A stretch of DNA of 64,000 nt, from the NCBI GenBank assembly GCA_016938455.1, contig JAFGUQ010000089.1:445-64444 (forward strand). Direction: 5' to 3'. The notes beneath the pieces were generated by a model. It worked only from the letters and a program-made list of their open reading frames with translations, was not told the origin of the DNA and did no database searches. Source of the DNA: Clostridia bacterium. GTDB lineage: Bacteria > Bacillota > Clostridia > DUPQ01. Numbering within the stretch: position 1 is the first letter of the stretch; each line of letters opens with the position of its first letter. Made by a program: the position numbers and the translations under genes. This document shows positions 59,677 to 64,000 of the stretch, in pieces.

Positions 59677-60675
59677 ATGAAGATAATCAGACAACTAACA
59701 CAGACATTCGGAGTTAGCGGAAGAGAAAAAGAAATCAACAAAGTCATCATTGATCTTGTTAAGGATTACGCAGATGACATAACCACAGATGGAATAGACA
59801 ATGTCATTGTATTTAAAAAAGGATACGGTGAGAACAAGAAAAAAATCATGTTTTCAGCACATAAGGATGAAATAGGTTTCATGGTCATGTGTATCAATGA
59901 CAGCGGATATATTACCGTAAGAGGAGTCGGCGGCATCAATGTGGCGACTACAGTGGCACAGAGAATAAAGTTCCAGAACGGAACAATCGGAGTAGTGGGA
60001 TTTACAAAAGGCTTAGGTAAACTAGAAGGTGATGTTCTTGATATGTATGTGGATATCGGCGCAAAAGACAAGAAAGATGCGATGAAACATGTAAAACCGG
60101 GTGATGTGGCCAGCTACATCGGAGAAGTAACTAAACTTGCCAATGGAAGAATTGCTTCAAAAGCGCTGGATGACCGTATCGGATGCTATATTAATGTCAA
60201 AGCACTGATGGAAATAGAAAAACCGTATAATGATCTGTATTTTGTTTTTTCTTCACAGGAAGAACTGGGATTGAAAGGAGCTACTGTAGCATCAAGAGTG
60301 GTCAAACCTGATATCGGCATTGCACTTGATATCACCGGATCATATGATACCCCTGATTCTAAGAATGGCAATATGAAGCTTGGAGAAGGAGCTGCCATCA
60401 AGATGATGGACAGATCAGTGATCTGCGATGAAGATCTGGTCAATCAGATGATTTCCTTATGTGAAACACATAAGATCAAATATCAGCTGGATATCCTGGC
60501 AGGTGGCGGAACAGATGCAGGAGCGATGAACACATCTAACTTCGGAGTACGTGCAGGAGGTATATCCATACCTACAAGAAATGGGCACGGTCCTGTAAGT
60601 ATTGTTGATCTTAAAGATGTGAAAGCCTGCATAGAACTGGCTGTTAAACTTGCAGAAACCGAAATAAAAGCTTAG
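59677..60675 (+). CDS. M42-family aminopeptidase (FrvX/glutamyl aminopeptidase-like)
   Basis: Start at MKIIRQL behind an AAGGAG SD. M42 metal-ligand blocks (H..D, EE, D, H). Confidence 0.8.
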   Translation: MKIIRQLTQTFGVSGREKEINKVIIDLVKDYADDITTDGIDNVIVFKKGYGENKKKIMFSAHKDEIGFMVMCINDSGYITVRGVGGINVATTVAQRIKFQNGTIGVVGFTKGLGKLEGDVLDMYVDIGAKDKKDAMKHVKPGDVASYIGEVTKLANGRIASKALDDRIGCYINVKALMEIEKPYNDLYFVFSSQEELGLKGATVASRVVKPDIGIALDITGSYDTPDSKNGNMKLGEGAAIKMMDRSVICDEDLVNQMISLCETHKIKYQLDILAGGGTDAGAMNTSNFGVRAGGISIPTRNGHGPVSIVDLKDVKACIELAVKLAETEIKA

Positions 60676-60784
60676 AATGTGTCTAGAATATAAAGACAAA
60701 AAAGGTTATATTTTTCACATATGTATTTTTGTTTTTATATGATATCATTTATTTGTAAAATAACTTTACACTGTATCGCTTAAT

Positions 60785-60793
60785 TGGTATAAT
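60785..60793 (+). promoter_or_regulatory. Extended -10 element TGGTATAAT upstream of the sugar ABC transporter operon
   Basis: Exact TGnTATAAT about 80 nt upstream of the permease start. Confidence 0.45.
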
Positions 60794-60875
60794 TGTAAAA
60801 GTTAAGTATTGTGGGGATTGACCGGTAAAACGGTTTAAATATCTAAAACTAAATTAAGGCTGGTGATTTATAAAA

Positions 60876-61811
60876 ATGGATACTGCTATCAAAGCAAAAG
60901 GCTATCAAAAAAATCAGAAAAAGATCCTGACAAAAACCAATGTCATGCTCTATCTGATGATTGCAACACCACTAATCCTGTATTATATTTTCCATTATAT
61001 ACCAATGCCTGGTATCATAATCGGATTTCAGCAATATGGGTTATCAGGATTCAAGTATTGGGTGGGATTCAATAACTTCAAAACTGCATTTGCAACCTTC
61101 TTTTTCTGGGAAGCTTTCAGAAACAGCTGGGTATTCGTTGCGTTTGGCTATATTTTTGTCACACCGACACCTATTATCTTTGCATTGCTGATGAATGAAG
61201 TCAGAATCAAGTGGTTTAAAAAAGGAGTGCAGACAATTTCAACATTACCTCATTTCGTTACATGGGTTGTTATTGGCGGATTGTTCATTCAGTTGCTTTC
61301 ACCTTCAACCGGTTACATCAATTTACTGATCAAGTTCTTTGGCGGACAACCGATATTCTTCATGTCAAATGCGGCGTTATTCCCGTGGATGTTCACATTC
61401 ATTAGAATATGGAAGAATGTTGGATACAGCGCTATTATTTATCTTGCTGCATTATCCGGTATCGATCCACAGTTATATGAGGCAGCAGTTATTGACGGAG
61501 CCAATAAATTAAGACAGGTATGGCATATAACGTTACCAGGTATCAGAACGACAATTCTTGTCCTGGTTGTACTTTCTTTCTCAAGCGTTTTGAGTGGTAT
61601 GTTCGAACCTATATTTATTTTGAAGAACTCCATGAACCGAAGCACAGCAGAAGTTCTGGACACATATATATACTCTGTAGGGATTATACAAGGTAAGTTC
61701 AACATCGCTACTGCAGTAGGTTTATTTAAGGCTGTTATTTCCATGTTCCTATTGTTTACAGCTAACTTCTTAAGTAAACGTGTTACCGAAGACGGTAGAA
61801 GTATTTTATAG
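60876..61811 (+). CDS. Carbohydrate ABC transporter permease (LplB/YtcP-like)
   Basis: Six-TM permease with an EAA-loop region. 311 aa. Confidence 0.8.
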   Translation: MDTAIKAKGYQKNQKKILTKTNVMLYLMIATPLILYYIFHYIPMPGIIIGFQQYGLSGFKYWVGFNNFKTAFATFFFWEAFRNSWVFVAFGYIFVTPTPIIFALLMNEVRIKWFKKGVQTISTLPHFVTWVVIGGLFIQLLSPSTGYINLLIKFFGGQPIFFMSNAALFPWMFTFIRIWKNVGYSAIIYLAALSGIDPQLYEAAVIDGANKLRQVWHITLPGIRTTILVLVVLSFSSVLSGMFEPIFILKNSMNRSTAEVLDTYIYSVGIIQGKFNIATAVGLFKAVISMFLLFTANFLSKRVTEDGRSIL

Positions 61812-61824
61812 GAGGATATGAAAA

Positions 61825-62730
61825 ATGCTTAAAAGATCAACAGGTGAAAAGGTATTCAATGTCGTAAATATTTTCTTTTTTATAATCTTTACGTGCATGA
61901 TGCTTTTACCTATCGTATATGTACTTAAACAGTCTTTTGAAGTGGGAATTGGCGGGTCATTGAATCTTTCACTTCTCCCTGCGAAATTCAGCGGATTATA
62001 TTATCAGATGGTTGTCAAAGAAGAATCTGTTTACAGACCATTTTTAAACTCAGTGTATATCACCATCGTTGGGACATCGTCCAGTTTGCTGGTCAATGCC
62101 ATCGGTGCATACACACTTTCTAAAAGAGAACTGCCGGGAAGCAAGGCATTCATTTACTTCCTGGTAATATTCCCGATGCTGTTCGGTGGCGGATTGATTC
62201 CGACCTACCTGCTAATGAGAGCACTTGGCTTGATTGACAGATATGCCGTATTGATTATCCCTGCAATGGCAAGTGGATGGAATATGATCTTAATCAGAAA
62301 CTACTACTGGTCTATACCTGATTCATTGGCTGAATCAGCACGAATAGACGGGGCCGAAGAGTTTACAGTATTCTTCAGGATCATTCTTCCGCTGGCAAAA
62401 CCGGTTTTAGCTGCGATTGCGCTGTTTACCGGAGTTGGTTTCTGGAATACATTCATGGCTGCGATCATTTATATCAGATCACCTCAGAAATATACCTTCC
62501 CTGTTAAACTTCGTGAAATGATATTGATTCAGGCAACCAGCATGAAAGACGCTCAGATGTGGGAAGCCATGCTGATGGCCATGGGATTTGACCCGGCTCA
62601 GACAGCCGTTACCGCCGACGGATTATCTTCAGCGATGATGATAGTCTCCATGTTACCTATTATCCTTATTTACCCATATCTTCAGAAGCATTTTGCTGCT
62701 GGAATCATGGTTGGATCTATCAAGGGTTAA
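61825..62730 (+). CDS. Carbohydrate ABC transporter permease (LplC/YteP-like)
   Basis: Six-TM permease with an EAA-like motif region. 301 aa. Confidence 0.8.
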   Translation: MLKRSTGEKVFNVVNIFFFIIFTCMMLLPIVYVLKQSFEVGIGGSLNLSLLPAKFSGLYYQMVVKEESVYRPFLNSVYITIVGTSSSLLVNAIGAYTLSKRELPGSKAFIYFLVIFPMLFGGGLIPTYLLMRALGLIDRYAVLIIPAMASGWNMILIRNYYWSIPDSLAESARIDGAEEFTVFFRIILPLAKPVLAAIALFTGVGFWNTFMAAIIYIRSPQKYTFPVKLREMILIQATSMKDAQMWEAMLMAMGFDPAQTAVTADGLSSAMMIVSMLPIILIYPYLQKHFAAGIMVGSIKG

Positions 62731-62848
62731 CACATAAAAGGGGAAGTTGGAAAATAAATAATATTATTTGAAAATTTCCCTTTTTTATATTATAATGTAT
62801 CTAAGCAACGTTTTATGTTGCTAGAAATAAATAATTTGGAGGGAAAAA

Positions 62849-64000
62849 ATGAAAAACACAAAAGTATTAAGTCTAGTTGTAGTTTTAGTGTTTGCTTTAT
62901 CTATGATGCTTACAGCTTGTGGAACATCAGAAGTAACACCATCAGCAACAGCAACACCTACAGCTACACCTACACCTACTGCAGCAACACCAACACCAGC
63001 GCCTGTTGATACTACAGTAGCAAAACCTGAAAGAATTGACGTCACATTGACAGGTTATTTCGGAGATTCACTTGACAACACAGAATCAAAGAAAAACTAT
63101 ATGGATTGGATGACAGAACAGTATGGAATCAACTTCAAAATCCATTATCCTGCAAGAAACAATTACACAGAAGTAATTAACTTGGCTGTTGCAGCTCAGG
63201 ATCTTGACGGTTTAGTAGGATTATTCACACCTCAGGAAAACAGAGAGTGGATGGCAAATGGATTAATTTATCCATTAACAGACTTCTTAGCTGACAATGA
63301 TACCTACAACACAATTTTTCCAGAATCATGGAAAGAAACTTATACATTTGATGGCGAACTCTGGGGTATAGCTCGTGGTGATGACGGTAACCCAAGTATG
63401 TTCACAAGAAGTATAAGAGGAGACTGGTTGGCAGCATTAGGCTTACAGAGACCAACTACTGTTTGGGAATTATATGAAGCTTCATATCAGTTCACTTACA
63501 ATGATCCAGATGGAAACGGAATCGACGATACATATGGTATGACATCAAGAACAGCCTGGTTAATGCAAGACTTATTCCAGGCATTTGATGCTAGACTGAA
63601 TCACGTTGGCGACGCTCAACCAATTTGGAATCCAAACACAAACACATGGGAAGATTCAATGATCAAACCAGAAATGGTTGAATGTCTTGAATTATTACAG
63701 AAAATGGCTACTGAAAATGTTATGGACAAAGAAGCATTTGTTCACAGTTCATCAGTTGCTAGAGGAAAAGTACAGTCTGGTTATTACGGCGGATTATTCT
63801 ACTGGGATTCATGGACACAGTCATTTGAATCATCTGTAAAACAGAATTTCCCAGACGCTTGGATGGATGGTATCTATGCATTAAAAGGAAACATCACTGT
63901 TAACATTAACCAATACGGTATTGGACAGGGTGCTCCATATGCTATGACAGTAACAACACCAGAACCAAAAGAAACAGTTAACTGGTATATGGACATATTC
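62849..64000 (+). CDS. Sugar ABC transporter substrate-binding lipoprotein (LplA/LipO-like); 3' end outside the window
   Basis: GGAGGG SD upstream. LTAC lipobox followed by a Thr/Pro/Ala-rich linker. Family-1 SBP core. No stop inside the window. Confidence 0.8.
   Translation, partial: MKNTKVLSLVVVLVFALSMMLTACGTSEVTPSATATPTATPTPTAATPTPAPVDTTVAKPERIDVTLTGYFGDSLDNTESKKNYMDWMTEQYGINFKIHYPARNNYTEVINLAVAAQDLDGLVGLFTPQENREWMANGLIYPLTDFLADNDTYNTIFPESWKETYTFDGELWGIARGDDGNPSMFTRSIRGDWLAALGLQRPTTVWELYEASYQFTYNDPDGNGIDDTYGMTSRTAWLMQDLFQAFDARLNHVGDAQPIWNPNTNTWEDSMIKPEMVECLELLQKMATENVMDKEAFVHSSSVARGKVQSGYYGGLFYWDSWTQSFESSVKQNFPDAWMDGIYALKGNITVNINQYGIGQGAPYAMTVTTPEPKETVNWYMDIF

Noticed and set aside
62815-63045. 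ORFs 62815-63009(+) and 62821-63045(-), and the ACACC-rich repeat in the DNA
   Set aside because: The repeat encodes the Thr/Pro/Ala-rich linker (TPTATPTPTAATPTP) of the substrate-binding lipoprotein, which starts at 62849 in another frame. It is not a separate gene or a tandem-repeat element.
1-64000. CRISPR arrays, transposases, restriction-modification, toxin-antitoxin or other defence cassettes
   Set aside because: No regularly spaced direct repeats or recognisable defence or mobility protein motifs were seen in any of the six frames.

Overview
This 64-kb window looks like chromosomal sequence from a low-GC (about 35%) Firmicutes-type genome, possibly Erysipelotrichia- or Clostridia-like. 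It is densely coded, with roughly 60 genes. Housekeeping genes are mixed with accessory envelope and glycan-utilisation genes. No integrases, transposases, CRISPR arrays or phage genes were seen.

Housekeeping content:
- cysS runs off the 5' edge on the minus strand and has a T-box leader.
- rplM-rpsI sit behind a near-consensus sigma-A promoter.
- tsaE-tsaB-rimI-uvrC is one run; tsaD lies about 11 kb away, fused to uppP by a 1-nt overlap.
- Also present: GTP-dependent PEP carboxykinase, tig-clpP-clpX, map, nfnAB-like genes, a dGTPase with an adjacent YfbR-like HD hydrolase, and tRNA-Lys(UUU).

Accessory content:
- An nqrBCDEF-like Na+-NQR operon, followed by an unknown 151-aa ORF.
- An orphan Flp/TadE/TadG-like pseudopilin trio.
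- A GtrA / GT-C glycosyltransferase / SDR / PMT envelope-glycosylation module.
- A LysM-anchored 5'-nucleotidase.
- Glycoside hydrolases, including a GH31 enzyme.
- A heparinase II/III-like lyase cluster with an MFS transporter.
- Two URO-D-family paralogs and two paralogous lipoproteins.
- A membrane-anchored HExxH metalloprotease downstream of the tRNA.
- A sugar ABC transporter that runs off the 3' edge.

The points most worth a second look:
- The Nqr operon has no nqrA and no apbE in the window, and its NqrB- and NqrC-like subunits are unusually compact.
- The Tad-like trio has no ATPase, platform or prepilin peptidase nearby.
- The GtrA-family gene has a conserved N-terminus that is not preceded by any ATG, GTG or TTG start codon.
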